A stretch of DNA of 64,000 nucleotides. It comes from an uncultured Clostridia bacterium (GTDB lineage Bacteria; Bacillota; Clostridia; Oscillospirales; CAG-272). The stretch is from contig CANQQT010000001.1 in the NCBI GenBank assembly GCA_947626065.1, positions 30,183-94,182 on the forward strand, read 5' to 3'. The number at the start of each line of letters is the position of its first letter. The first letter of the stretch is position 1. The notes under the pieces are model-generated. The model did no database searches. It saw only the letters and a program-made list of their open reading frames with translations, and was not told where the DNA came from. This document shows positions 35,987 through 44,863 of the stretch, piece after piece. The translations under genes were made by a program, and so were the position numbers.

Positions 35987-36016
35987 AAAAAAACCGCCGC
36001 GAAAAACCCGCGGCGG
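35987..36016 (-). terminator. Terminator of the sigma-fusion gene (also follows comEC on the plus strand)
   Basis: CCGCCGCG-aaaaacc-CGCGGCGG, with a T7 run on the minus strand. Confidence 0.75.
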
Positions 36017-36027
36017 CCAAAAGCTTT

Positions 36028-37707
36028 TTATTCAATTATCAAAACCATCGGGCAAGGGGGTTGATTCACGCCGCTGCCGTCGTCATCATAATGGCCGTCA
36101 TACAGCTTGCCTCGCGAAATGGCCTCTCTTATCGTGACAAAAAGCATCGCATTATCTGCATACAGATATTGTTTCTGTAGGGGTACACTGTTCAGATGCG
36201 TGGGGATTTCCTGCTTCTTTCCTTTTAAAAATTCGGAAAGTCTATCCTTTAAATCTTTTGCCATTTTGCTTTTTGCATCCTTGCAGATGCTCCACAGAAC
36301 GTCTGCCTCGTCCTGATGAAGAACCGGAACATTTATAACAGGCTTCCCGGCCTCTTCCCTGAAAATTTTGCATTTGATAAGCCAAGGGATCGCCTTGAGA
36401 TATTCGGGATTAAAGCCTACGCTTTCGGGATCGATCCCTTTGTACATAATATAAAGCAGCTTTGTAATCTCGGCGTCAATACAGGTATTTTCCGGGAAGA
36501 AGGTATATTCGTCCGAATAAGAATAGTCGTAACAGGGAAATCCGTCCGCGCCGTATACGTGCATTTCAAGCATATTCCCGTCGGCATATTTATCAAATGT
36601 TACGATCCTTTCGCCAGAATAAGAATGTGCCAACAGCGCGGCGTGCTCTTTGGGGTCAAATGCTTTGAAATTAACATGACCGAAGGCAATCCATCGTCCG
36701 CCGTTGGGACGGTTGCGGAACCGCTGTTCCGTATCGAATATGCTTGAGAAGGCCGCGTAAATTCCGTAATCAAGACAATGAAACGCAACGTACAATTCAA
36801 GCGCGTTCTTTGCGTCGAACGAACACCTTTTATAAAATTCACACCGGCGGAGCTTCTCAAGGCCGGTTTCAATGCCGTTCCAAAACAGCTCAAAATGACG
36901 GTTCACAAACGCTTTCTGCTCAGGAATATACTTTTCCATGTCCTCCAAAGTGGATATCATAAAATCGGTATAGTATTTATTTCCCACATTTTTCATGAGC
37001 TCGCCCTCCGTCAGCCTTTGCACGATTGGCTCCACGTATGCGGTCGGAATGCCGATGGACGACGCGATATCTTCTATGGCGATCGGTTTAGAGTAGGCAA
37101 TCCACAAAATATTTTGTGCGATCCGATCTTTTTCGATAAGGGTGTTCGGTTCTCCGTTTAATCCGGGTTTTCCGCTGTGAGAAAGCGATAGCGTTATCGG
37201 CGAATAGCTCTGCTTTGCAAATTTTTCCATATTGTTCATTCCTTTCTTTACACGATTCCTGCCAAGATGCAATCGGCTTTTTACGGTTCCCTCCGGGATG
37301 CCCAAATCCGACGCGATCCGACTTACGCTCTGCCCGTTCATATAGTACCGCACGATAACCTCGCGATAATTTTTGGCGAGATAGGCGACGGCACGACGAA
37401 CCTTCTCCGCTTCGTCGTCTTCAATATTCAACCGGATCGTAGCGTTCTCATCCACGATATCAAAGTCATCTCCGATACGAACGGTTGGCCGCTGATATCT
37501 TTTCCGGAGCAGGTCACTAAATTTCCGCCCCATCACGGTGAGAAGCCACGCTTTCGCGTCTTGAATCTCTTTGCCGCGTGCCATGTACGACAGCGCCGCA
37601 AGAAGCGTCTCCTGCGTCAGGTCCTCGGCGTCGTATATATTGCCGCATTTTTGCAGAGCTACAGATAACAGGAATTCTATGTGGTTTTCTAAATCCTTGC
37701 TTGGCAT
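36028..37707 (-). CDS. Sigma-70/ECF-type sigma factor (regions 2 and 4) fused to a ~370-aa uncharacterised C-terminal domain
   Basis: Region 2 (DAEDLTQETLLAAL...AWLLTVMGRKFSDLLRK) and region 4 (REVIVRYYMNGQSVSRIASDLGIPEGTVKSRLHLGR). ATG at 37707 follows AAGAGG. The gene has visibly lower GC than its flanks. Confidence 0.75.
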   Translation of the reverse strand: MPSKDLENHIEFLLSVALQKCGNIYDAEDLTQETLLAALSYMARGKEIQDAKAWLLTVMGRKFSDLLRKRYQRPTVRIGDDFDIVDENATIRLNIEDDEAEKVRRAVAYLAKNYREVIVRYYMNGQSVSRIASDLGIPEGTVKSRLHLGRNRVKKGMNNMEKFAKQSYSPITLSLSHSGKPGLNGEPNTLIEKDRIAQNILWIAYSKPIAIEDIASSIGIPTAYVEPIVQRLTEGELMKNVGNKYYTDFMISTLEDMEKYIPEQKAFVNRHFELFWNGIETGLEKLRRCEFYKRCSFDAKNALELYVAFHCLDYGIYAAFSSIFDTEQRFRNRPNGGRWIAFGHVNFKAFDPKEHAALLAHSYSGERIVTFDKYADGNMLEMHVYGADGFPCYDYSYSDEYTFFPENTCIDAEITKLLYIMYKGIDPESVGFNPEYLKAIPWLIKCKIFREEAGKPVINVPVLHQDEADVLWSICKDAKSKMAKDLKDRLSEFLKGKKQEIPTHLNSVPLQKQYLYADNAMLFVTIREAISRGKLYDGHYDDDGSGVNQPPCPMVLIIE

Positions 37708-37886
37708 TTTCGGTACCTCTTTTGAAAGCTTTCGCCTATAAGGTCGCGGCAATCGCTTCTCGGTTCAATGTTTTTCAAAAAATTTTGCAAAAACAGGGGC
37801 CGCCGCCGCAAAAATCGTCTGTTCGTCGTGTAATTTTCCTATAGGACGGATTTCCCACGTTCCACCCCTTCCGCCGGATTACAAAA

Positions 37887-37938
37887 GCCTGCGGGAGAGG
37901 ACTTCCTTGCGGAGCCTCTCCCACAGGCCTCTTTTTTG
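37887..37938. terminator. Strong hairpin terminator between the lipid cluster and the sigma-fusion gene
   Basis: GCCTGCGGGAGAGG (37887-37900) pairs with CCTCTCCCACAGGC (37915-37928). T-runs follow on both strands. Confidence 0.75.
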
Positions 37939-37949
37939 TTTCTGTTTGC

Positions 37950-38675
37950 TTATTTTCCTTTCCTCTTCCGGAAGGGCTTTTTTATCGCCGCCGAGATTTT
38001 TGCGCGGAAGCGTTTGCAGAAGACGAAGGGATAGGCGACCGCGCAGATGGCGAACGCCGGCGGAAGGTCGAGGATGGAGTGCTGTTTTAAAAAGACCGTG
38101 GAGGCGGAGATGAGAAGCGTCGCGACCGAAAAGGCGATCCGCCAGCCCGTTTTTGAAAAGAGCTTGCTGTTCCACGCCGCGGCCGAGACGGCGACCGCGC
38201 CGATGACGTGGATGGAGGGACAGACATTGGTGTTTGTGTCAAAATCGTAGAAGGATCGGATAAATCGCGTAAAGAGATTATCCCTTTCAAAGGCGACGGG
38301 GCGGAGCTCCTGCGCGGTCGGCCAGAGCAGATAGATGAGAATGGCGGCTGTGTAGGTGAGGATGATGAAATAGGTATAGTTCCGGAAGGCCTCGATATCG
38401 TAGAAGAGGCAGTACACATACATTCCCACCAGATAGAGGAACCAGAACAGATAGGGGATGAGGAAAAATTCGCAGAAGGGAATTTTATCGTCGAGAGGGG
38501 AATAGACGATAAAATAGGAGGCTTCCCGAAAGCGCTCCACGTAAAGGAAGGCGAGGCCGAAGAGCGGCCAGAAGAGAAGGAGCAACAGGTGGGAAAATTC
38601 CGGGGAGGTCAGGTTTTTCAGGCGAAGCTTCCGGTAATCGACTTCAAGCTTGAGCGTTGGCTTTGATGTACTCAT
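37950..38675 (-). CDS. PAP2-superfamily membrane protein (PAP2_C / sphingomyelin-synthase-like fold)
   Basis: Polytopic membrane protein with the CPSIHV motif. AAGGAAG RBS. It overlaps the upstream gene by 32 nt. Confidence 0.65.
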   Translation of the reverse strand: MSTSKPTLKLEVDYRKLRLKNLTSPEFSHLLLLLFWPLFGLAFLYVERFREASYFIVYSPLDDKIPFCEFFLIPYLFWFLYLVGMYVYCLFYDIEAFRNYTYFIILTYTAAILIYLLWPTAQELRPVAFERDNLFTRFIRSFYDFDTNTNVCPSIHVIGAVAVSAAAWNSKLFSKTGWRIAFSVATLLISASTVFLKQHSILDLPPAFAICAVAYPFVFCKRFRAKISAAIKKPFRKRKGK

Positions 38676-39801
38676 AAACTTCCTTGTCGGAGCGATGGGA
38701 AAAATGCTCCCGGATCCTTTGTTTCATTTCGTTCAGGCGCGCGGGCTGGGAAAGAAGGTAACAGACGAGGGAGCTGATTTCCTCCGGCGACTCTCCGAAG
38801 CAGGCGAAGCCGTTTTCGCAGAAAAAGTCCCGGTTGTGGATCTCAAGCCCGGGGATGGCGTCGATAAAGACGATGGGAAGATGCTTGACCGCCGCCTCGG
38901 TGGAGCTGAGGCCTCCCGCTTTTGTGATAATCAGCTCGGCGGCATCCATATACAGGCTGATTTCGGGGCTGAATCCGACGGGGAAGAGACGGGGATTTGT
39001 ACGGGCGAGCTTGGTCATCTGGGTAAGGAGCCTCTCGTTTCTGCCGCAGACGACGGCGAGCACGGCGTCGTCGGGAAGGGAGGCGAGGAGAAGCTCCGCC
39101 GTCTCCTTCATGGGGCCGCAGCCCATGCTTCCGCACATGAGGAGAACCAGCCGCCGGTCGGCGGGGAGGTTCAGTCGGCGCTTGGCCTCGGCGGGGTCTT
39201 CCTTCCGGTAGAACTCCTCCCGGACGGGAATGCCGGTCGGGACAAGGAGCTCTTTTTTGACGCCGCGTCCCGTAAATTCCTCGGTAAGCAGAGCGGAGGG
39301 AATGAAGCAGGCGTCGAAATCGGAGCTGTTGACGCCGGGATAGCAGGTATAATCGGTGGCGATAAAATAGGTGGGCACCGGGAAGGCGTGCGCCTTGCGG
39401 ATTTCGGTCATCATCAGAGAGGCAAAGACGTGGACGCAGACAATCGCCTCGTAGCCTGCCTCCCGGATATCCTCGTAGAGCTTTTCGGAGGGGCGCTTGG
39501 CAAGGCTGAGGAAGGCGTTTTTCTGCGGATCCTTTCCCTTCAGTTCCCGGTTGATCTTGTTTTCGTTGGCCTTCTCGGAAACCATTTCAAAAAAGCGGTA
39601 ACCGGCGCCGAAAATATCGGGGGCATTCCGGTAGAGAAACACGTGCCCGGAACAGAGGAATCGATTGGTTCCCACCGGCCAATAGCTGAGGGCGTCGCGG
39701 ATTTCGCAGGCCGTTCCCTGCGCCTCTGCATATTGCGCGACGGCCCTGGCGGTGGAATTGTGACCCTCGCCGGTATTGCAGGACAGAATCAGGATAGACA
39801 T
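38644..39801 (-). CDS. MGDG-synthase-family glycosyltransferase (diacylglycerol glycosyltransferase, UgtP-like)
   Basis: N-terminus ILILSCNTGEGHNSTA and a GT28 C-terminal domain pattern. Confidence 0.8.
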   Translation of the reverse strand: MSILILSCNTGEGHNSTARAVAQYAEAQGTACEIRDALSYWPVGTNRFLCSGHVFLYRNAPDIFGAGYRFFEMVSEKANENKINRELKGKDPQKNAFLSLAKRPSEKLYEDIREAGYEAIVCVHVFASLMMTEIRKAHAFPVPTYFIATDYTCYPGVNSSDFDACFIPSALLTEEFTGRGVKKELLVPTGIPVREEFYRKEDPAEAKRRLNLPADRRLVLLMCGSMGCGPMKETAELLLASLPDDAVLAVVCGRNERLLTQMTKLARTNPRLFPVGFSPEISLYMDAAELIITKAGGLSSTEAAVKHLPIVFIDAIPGLEIHNRDFFCENGFACFGESPEEISSLVCYLLSQPARLNEMKQRIREHFSHRSDKEVYEYIKANAQA

Positions 39802-40280
39802 TGGCGGCGTTTCTCCTCTCTTTGGCGAAGCCGTTTGGCGGCGGTGATATACTGCGGGCGGTTATAGCGTTGAATAACGATAAAGGGAAGGTTGAAAAGC
39901 AGGCAGAGGAAAAAGAGAACGGCTCCCCAGACGGTGGGGCAGATGAAAAGGACGGCGAGGGAAAGGAAGGACAGCGCCACGTGAACGATTTCGGCGACGA
40001 CGGTTTCCTTGATCAGTGCGCAAAGGTCCTCGGAGGAAACCCCCTTTTGCACCTTTTTCGGGAGCAGGAATTTTAAGATTTTGCTCATATCGGGAACCTT
40101 GCTTTTCCATTTGCGGATGGCGAGCCGGTCGTAAATTCTGCCCTCCCGTTCCCACCGGAAGGACTTGAAGGGGAATTTATCCTCTCTTAAACGGTCGCGG
40201 GGGATGAAAATTGCCACGACGTTTGAGAGAATTCCGATGGCCGCCACATAGGCAACGCCGATAAAAAAGCGGATGTTCAT
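39789..40280 (-). CDS. CrtO-like membrane acyltransferase (glycosyl-4,4'-diaponeurosporenoate acyltransferase family)
   Basis: FKSFRWEREGRIYDRLAIRKWKSKVPD resembles the family core. The protein has four TM segments. Confidence 0.6.
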   Translation of the reverse strand: MNIRFFIGVAYVAAIGILSNVVAIFIPRDRLREDKFPFKSFRWEREGRIYDRLAIRKWKSKVPDMSKILKFLLPKKVQKGVSSEDLCALIKETVVAEIVHVALSFLSLAVLFICPTVWGAVLFFLCLLFNLPFIVIQRYNRPQYITAAKRLRQREEKRRQCLS

Positions 40281-40406
40281 GAAGCCGACTGTTTCGCGGC
40301 CTTTTCTTTTCCGCGGAACAAAGCGGGGAAAAGAAGGCCGGGATACTCCTTTATACGTTAAGAACGGGACTTTCCCTTTCCCGGAAAAACGCCGGGGCTG
40401 TCCCTT

Positions 40407-40976
40407 TCATTCAATATCTTTTATATGCGGGGATTTTTTGAAATAACACATGGCATAGGAGACGAGGGAAATCAGCATGAAAACTGCGCAGAGGCAAACG
40501 ACAGCGAAGAGCGCCGTTTGGGGAAGGTCGGGGAAAATCATCAGCGCAATCATGCTGATAAAAAGCACCGTCGTGCAGATTTTCCCTGTAAAAAGGGCGC
40601 CGTCCAGCATTTTTCTCTGCTTGAGGTGCAGACATCCCATCACAAGCATGAAGGCCTCCTTGATGACAAAGAGCACGAGCAGCGGGATGATTTCCCAGTG
40701 CCGGAGGCTGAGGCAGATCATAATCACGCCCTGCGTGAGCTTGTCGGCGATCGGGTCGAGAAGAATCCCGAGGCGGGAAATCATATTGCATTTTCTCGCG
40801 ATGATTCCGTCGGCCATATCGGTAACCGCCGAGAGGCCGAGAACACAGGCGGCAATCAGCGATTCCTTCGCGTTGGTCGCGCGAAGATACAGCACGGCAA
40901 AGACGGGAATCAGCAGAAGCCGGAAAAGGCTGAGAAGGTTCGGGACGGTCAGAACGTCGTTTTTGATTTCCTTCAT
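40407..40976 (-). CDS. pgsA: CDP-alcohol phosphatidyltransferase (PgsA-like)
   Basis: The D(x)2DG(x)2AR...G(x)3D(x)3D motif is present (DMADGIIARK...GILLDPIADK). Confidence 0.85.
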   Translation of the reverse strand: MKEIKNDVLTVPNLLSLFRLLLIPVFAVLYLRATNAKESLIAACVLGLSAVTDMADGIIARKCNMISRLGILLDPIADKLTQGVIMICLSLRHWEIIPLLVLFVIKEAFMLVMGCLHLKQRKMLDGALFTGKICTTVLFISMIALMIFPDLPQTALFAVVCLCAVFMLISLVSYAMCYFKKSPHIKDIE

Positions 40977-41034
40977 TGTGAAAAAATACTCCAGATCAGA
41001 ACTTCAAAAAATGGGGAAAAGGGAGCGCGGCGGG

Positions 41035-42573
41035 CTATTTCTTTCTTCTGCGCGCTCTTTTGTCGGTGGCCCCTCCGTCGGCGACGCTTTCGCTGGTGAC
41101 GCATTCACTGGCGACGCTTTCGCTTTCCGGTCGGGCGGGCGCGGGAGGCGCTTGGGAGGCGGTTTCTAGAGGCGTGTCCGGAAGAGATTCCTTCGCAAAA
41201 GAGGACTCCGCGTCTTGTCGAGGCAACGGTTTGGCGTCTTCCGGGGCGTCCCGTGTGGGATTATCCGGCGCGGATTCCTCGGAAGTTGGCGGCTCCGGCT
41301 TTGGCTTCGGCTCGGGCTTGTCCGATACGGGCTTATCCGACGCCGGTTCCTCAGACGCCGGCGCGGACTTGTTCTGCGCAGACTCCGGAAGAAGCGAAAA
41401 GACGCCTTCCCTATTTCCGGACGTCCCGGCCTTATCTTCCGTCGCTTGCTTTTTTCTCAGGCGGAAGTTGACGTCGGATTTTAAAAGCGTATAGAGAACG
41501 GAGGTGGCGGGGATGAAGAAGAGCATTCCGGCCACACCGAAGAGCGCGCCTCCGACAATCAGGGCGGTAAAGGTCCAGATCGCGGGGAGATTGACGGAGG
41601 TTCCCACCACGCGGGGGTAAATCAGGTTGTTTTCCAGCTGCTGAATAATCAGGAACATTCCGATGAAGAAGAGGGCTTCCATCGGGCTCTGCATAAAGAT
41701 GAGGAAGGCGCCGACGGCACAGCCGAGGAAGGCTCCTACGTAGGGAATAATGGCGGTTATCGCGATAATGACGCTGACCACTACCGCGTAGGGGAAGCGG
41801 AAGATTGTCATGGCGACAAAGAAGATGACGCCGAGGACGATGGCCTCCAGACACTGGCCGGAGAAGAAATTGGAGAAGGTCGTGATCACCAGCATTCCTA
41901 CGTAGCGGATTTTTGCCGCCGTCTTCGGCTTGAAATAGGCGGCGAGCACCTTGGCCGTCTGCCGCTTGAGGTTTTCCCGGTTGGCGAGAACGTAAATCGA
42001 GAAGATGGCGGCGCTGACGATGGTGGTGATGACGTTGGCAATACCGTTGACGGCGCCGACGACGGTATCGAAGAGCTTGGTGGCGTTTTCGGTAATCGTC
42101 TTCCAGACGGCGTCAAAGTCGATTTTGTTGACAAGCTCCCGCAAATCGTCGGTCGGAATGCCATGCCGGTCAAGAAACGCAAGGGCCGAGGGATAATAGG
42201 TCTCAAAGGAGGAGACGATGTTTCTGAAGGATTCGACGATCTCCGGAATGACGCTGTTTCCCACAAAATAGAGGAGAAGAAGCGCCAGCAGCAGCGTCAG
42301 CACGAGGCTGATCTTGGAGATCACCCGGTCGGAGAGGGTGTGCTTGGCCCGGGAACGCTTTTTGATCATCAGCAGGAAGCGGTTGATTTCCCGCATCGGC
42401 TTGTAGAGAATCAGTGCGACGAGAACGCCGATGACGAGCGGAGAAAAGAGCGCGACAAAGGAGATGATGCGGGAACCGAGCGTATGAAGGTTGATGATGA
42501 TTTCGTAGAGGAAAAACACCGCGGCCGCAAAGAGCAGGCCCAGCTTAAACCTTTTCTTATCCCTTTCGTTCAT
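41035..42573 (-). CDS. AI-2E family transporter (PerM/UPF0118) with a ~150-aa disordered Pro/Glu/Ser-rich C-terminal tail
   Basis: The polytopic core has the family's typical length. The tail is rich in PEPKPKPEPP and SESV repeats. Confidence 0.8.
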   Translation of the reverse strand: MNERDKKRFKLGLLFAAAVFFLYEIIINLHTLGSRIISFVALFSPLVIGVLVALILYKPMREINRFLLMIKKRSRAKHTLSDRVISKISLVLTLLLALLLLYFVGNSVIPEIVESFRNIVSSFETYYPSALAFLDRHGIPTDDLRELVNKIDFDAVWKTITENATKLFDTVVGAVNGIANVITTIVSAAIFSIYVLANRENLKRQTAKVLAAYFKPKTAAKIRYVGMLVITTFSNFFSGQCLEAIVLGVIFFVAMTIFRFPYAVVVSVIIAITAIIPYVGAFLGCAVGAFLIFMQSPMEALFFIGMFLIIQQLENNLIYPRVVGTSVNLPAIWTFTALIVGGALFGVAGMLFFIPATSVLYTLLKSDVNFRLRKKQATEDKAGTSGNREGVFSLLPESAQNKSAPASEEPASDKPVSDKPEPKPKPEPPTSEESAPDNPTRDAPEDAKPLPRQDAESSFAKESLPDTPLETASQAPPAPARPESESVASECVTSESVADGGATDKRARRRKK

Positions 42574-42772
42574 GCGTCAGACTCCTTTGAAGGTCGCGGC
42601 GGATGCCGGGGCTCCGCCGTCTCTTTTCCGAGGGTATAGCTATTCCTTATAATTATAATCGCTTTTCTTTGAATAGACAAGCCCTATTGACTAAAATTTA
42701 CAGTTTGTACACAAGGCGGCGCTTTTTCCTCCCCGGCGCGGTCGGATTTTTCTCCTGTGCGGTTTTTCCTTC

Positions 42773-42801
42773 TTGACAAAACCGAAAGAATGGGGTAAGA
42801 T
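42773..42801 (+). promoter_or_regulatory. Sigma-A type promoter (TTGACA-17-TAAGAT)
   Basis: TTGACA at 42773-42778 and TAAGAT at 42796-42801. Confidence 0.55.
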
Positions 42802-42839
42802 GAAAGAAAAGAGACCCGGAAGAAAGGACGGAAAAAACG

Positions 42840-43676
42840 ATGGAAAACGAGGCCGCGGGGATGAAAAGACTCCGGATGCCGGCGCTTCTTGCCAACGCGG
42901 AGGGAAAAATTATTTACAAAAATGCGGCGGCGGTACGCTTCCCGCTTTTGAACAGAAAAAGAACGCTGTCGGGAATTATCCGGAACCGGGGAAGGGGCGC
43001 TTCCCGCGCGGCCGCGGAGAAGGAAAATCCCCGGGCGGTTACGCTGATGGCGAAGGGCTCCTTTTGTCAGGGCTTTTTGTCCTCGGACGGGGAGAAATCC
43101 TCACTTTACATTCCGGCGGCCCTGCAAAAGAATCTTCATCTTTCGGAGGAAGAGCTCTTTTCCTTTGGAATCCCTGCCTTCTTTTTTGCGCAGAGAGACC
43201 GGTACGAAAGGGGAGCGTGCGACGGGCCGGGGGAGATCTTCGCCTCCGCAGGGGCGTTTTTCTTCTCCCGTTTTCCCGACGGGGAGCTTTCCTTTCCCTT
43301 TTTTCTTTCCTTCTTAAAACGGAGCGCCAATCTTCTTTTCGGGGACGACAGGTTTTTCTCTCCCGCCTCCCACAAGCATAAAGAGAAAATTTTTGCCGAC
43401 CGGGATCAGGCGATGGCCGCCGCCGGACGGGCGGTTTACGCGATTTTTTCGGGAAAAGAGGACGGCGGACTCCTTAAAGTGAGGGAGGACGGAGTGGCGG
43501 AAATCCGGGTGGGGAAGGAAACCTTCTGTGCCGGGACTCTTCTTTCCGAGAAGGAGGCCCGCGTGGTCGAGCCTTACGTCTATACAAAGGACGGCATTTC
43601 CCTTGTTCTTGCCGCCTGCTGTGCGCTGGAATTCACGTTGTTTGCCCCTTCCCGGGGAAAAAAGAGAAATTCTTAA
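42840..43676 (+). CDS. Hypothetical protein (278 aa), no recognisable domain
   Basis: A promoter and a weak RBS lie upstream. Its composition is more protein-like than the overlapping frame at 42773-43381. Confidence 0.45.
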   Translation: MENEAAGMKRLRMPALLANAEGKIIYKNAAAVRFPLLNRKRTLSGIIRNRGRGASRAAAEKENPRAVTLMAKGSFCQGFLSSDGEKSSLYIPAALQKNLHLSEEELFSFGIPAFFFAQRDRYERGACDGPGEIFASAGAFFFSRFPDGELSFPFFLSFLKRSANLLFGDDRFFSPASHKHKEKIFADRDQAMAAAGRAVYAIFSGKEDGGLLKVREDGVAEIRVGKETFCAGTLLSEKEARVVEPYVYTKDGISLVLAACCALEFTLFAPSRGKKRNS

Positions 43677-43771
43677 AAAATATTCACAGCCTTATCACAA
43701 AACTAACACAAATATATGATAAATTAAAAAGGCGGAAAATCGAAACGCTTGTTTGTCAGGAGGAAGCTTCA

Positions 43772-44863
43772 TTGATCGAGGTAAAGAACCTTACGAAGCG
43801 GTATGGGGACCGTACCGTCGTCAGTCACCTGAATTTCACCATCGCGCCGGGGAAAATCTACGGATTTCTCGGCCCCAACGGCGCCGGAAAATCGACGACC
43901 ATGAACATGATTACCGGCTGTCTCGCCCCCACGGAGGGGGTGGTCCTTATCGACGGGCACGACATCTGCGAGGACGCCGTCGCCGCCAAGCGGCAGATCG
44001 GCTATCTGCCGGAGATTCCCCCCGTCTATCCCGATATGACGCCGGAGGAATACCTTCGCTTTGTGGCGGGCGCCAAGGGCATCCGCGCGAGCGAAATCCC
44101 CGATCAGGTGGAAAGCGCCATGCGTCAGACCGATATCACCGAGGTGCGTGACCGGCTGATCAAAAATCTCTCCAAGGGCTACCGGCAGAGAGTCGGCATC
44201 GCGCAGGCCATGCTGGGAGAGCCGAAGCTGATCCTCCTCGACGAGCCGACGGTGGGGCTTGACCCCCGGCAGATTCTTGAAATCCGGGAGCTGATTCTCC
44301 GCCTCGGAAAGAGCCGAACCGTTATCCTTTCCAGCCATATTCTCGCCGAGGTCAGCGCCGTCTGCGACCACGTGATGATCATGCGGAGAGGAAAGCTGGT
44401 CGCCTCCGATACCCTTGAGAACATCCGGAAGAACAATATGCCGGAAAACAGGGTTTCGGTGACGGTAAAGGCCACCCCCGCCGCCGTCGAGCCGGTGCTT
44501 CGCGGCATTCCCGGCATTCTTTCCTATGAAACGAAGTGCGACACGGAGGAGAAGGAGCTTACCGACCTTGAAATCGAGGTGGAGCCGGGGCAGGATATCC
44601 GGGAAAAGCTCTTCTTCGCCTTCGCGGAAAAGAAAATGGCGGTAAGAAAGCTGGCGCGGGCCGAGCTTTCCCTTGAGGAAATCTTCCTCCGCCTGACCGA
44701 CGATTCGGAGGATTACGAAGAGGACGGGGACGGCGGAGAGGAAAACGGCTCCGGCGTTTCCTCCTCTGAGGAAGAGAACGAAGAGGAAGACGAAGAGGAT
44801 GATGAAGAGGACGATTACGTCCCGCTCTTCGGAAAGAAGACGGATGGGGAGGATGAAAAATGA
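43772..44863 (+). CDS. ABC transporter ATP-binding protein (ABC-2 subfamily) with an acidic C-terminal tail
   Basis: Walker A GPNGAGKST, signature LSKGYRQR, Walker B LLDEPTVGLD. TTG start. Confidence 0.9.
   Translation: MIEVKNLTKRYGDRTVVSHLNFTIAPGKIYGFLGPNGAGKSTTMNMITGCLAPTEGVVLIDGHDICEDAVAAKRQIGYLPEIPPVYPDMTPEEYLRFVAGAKGIRASEIPDQVESAMRQTDITEVRDRLIKNLSKGYRQRVGIAQAMLGEPKLILLDEPTVGLDPRQILEIRELILRLGKSRTVILSSHILAEVSAVCDHVMIMRRGKLVASDTLENIRKNNMPENRVSVTVKATPAAVEPVLRGIPGILSYETKCDTEEKELTDLEIEVEPGQDIREKLFFAFAEKKMAVRKLARAELSLEEIFLRLTDDSEDYEEDGDGGEENGSGVSSSEEENEEEDEEDDEEDDYVPLFGKKTDGEDEK

Noticed and set aside
37753-37886. ECF-type autoregulatory promoter (GGAAC...CGTC) upstream of the sigma-fusion gene
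   Set aside because: GGAAC and CGTC occur on the minus strand but only about 10 nt apart, far shorter than the roughly 16-17 nt spacing of ECF promoters. This is probably coincidental.
38650-39867. 405-aa plus-strand ORF
   Set aside because: It lies antisense to the MGDG-synthase-type glycosyltransferase.
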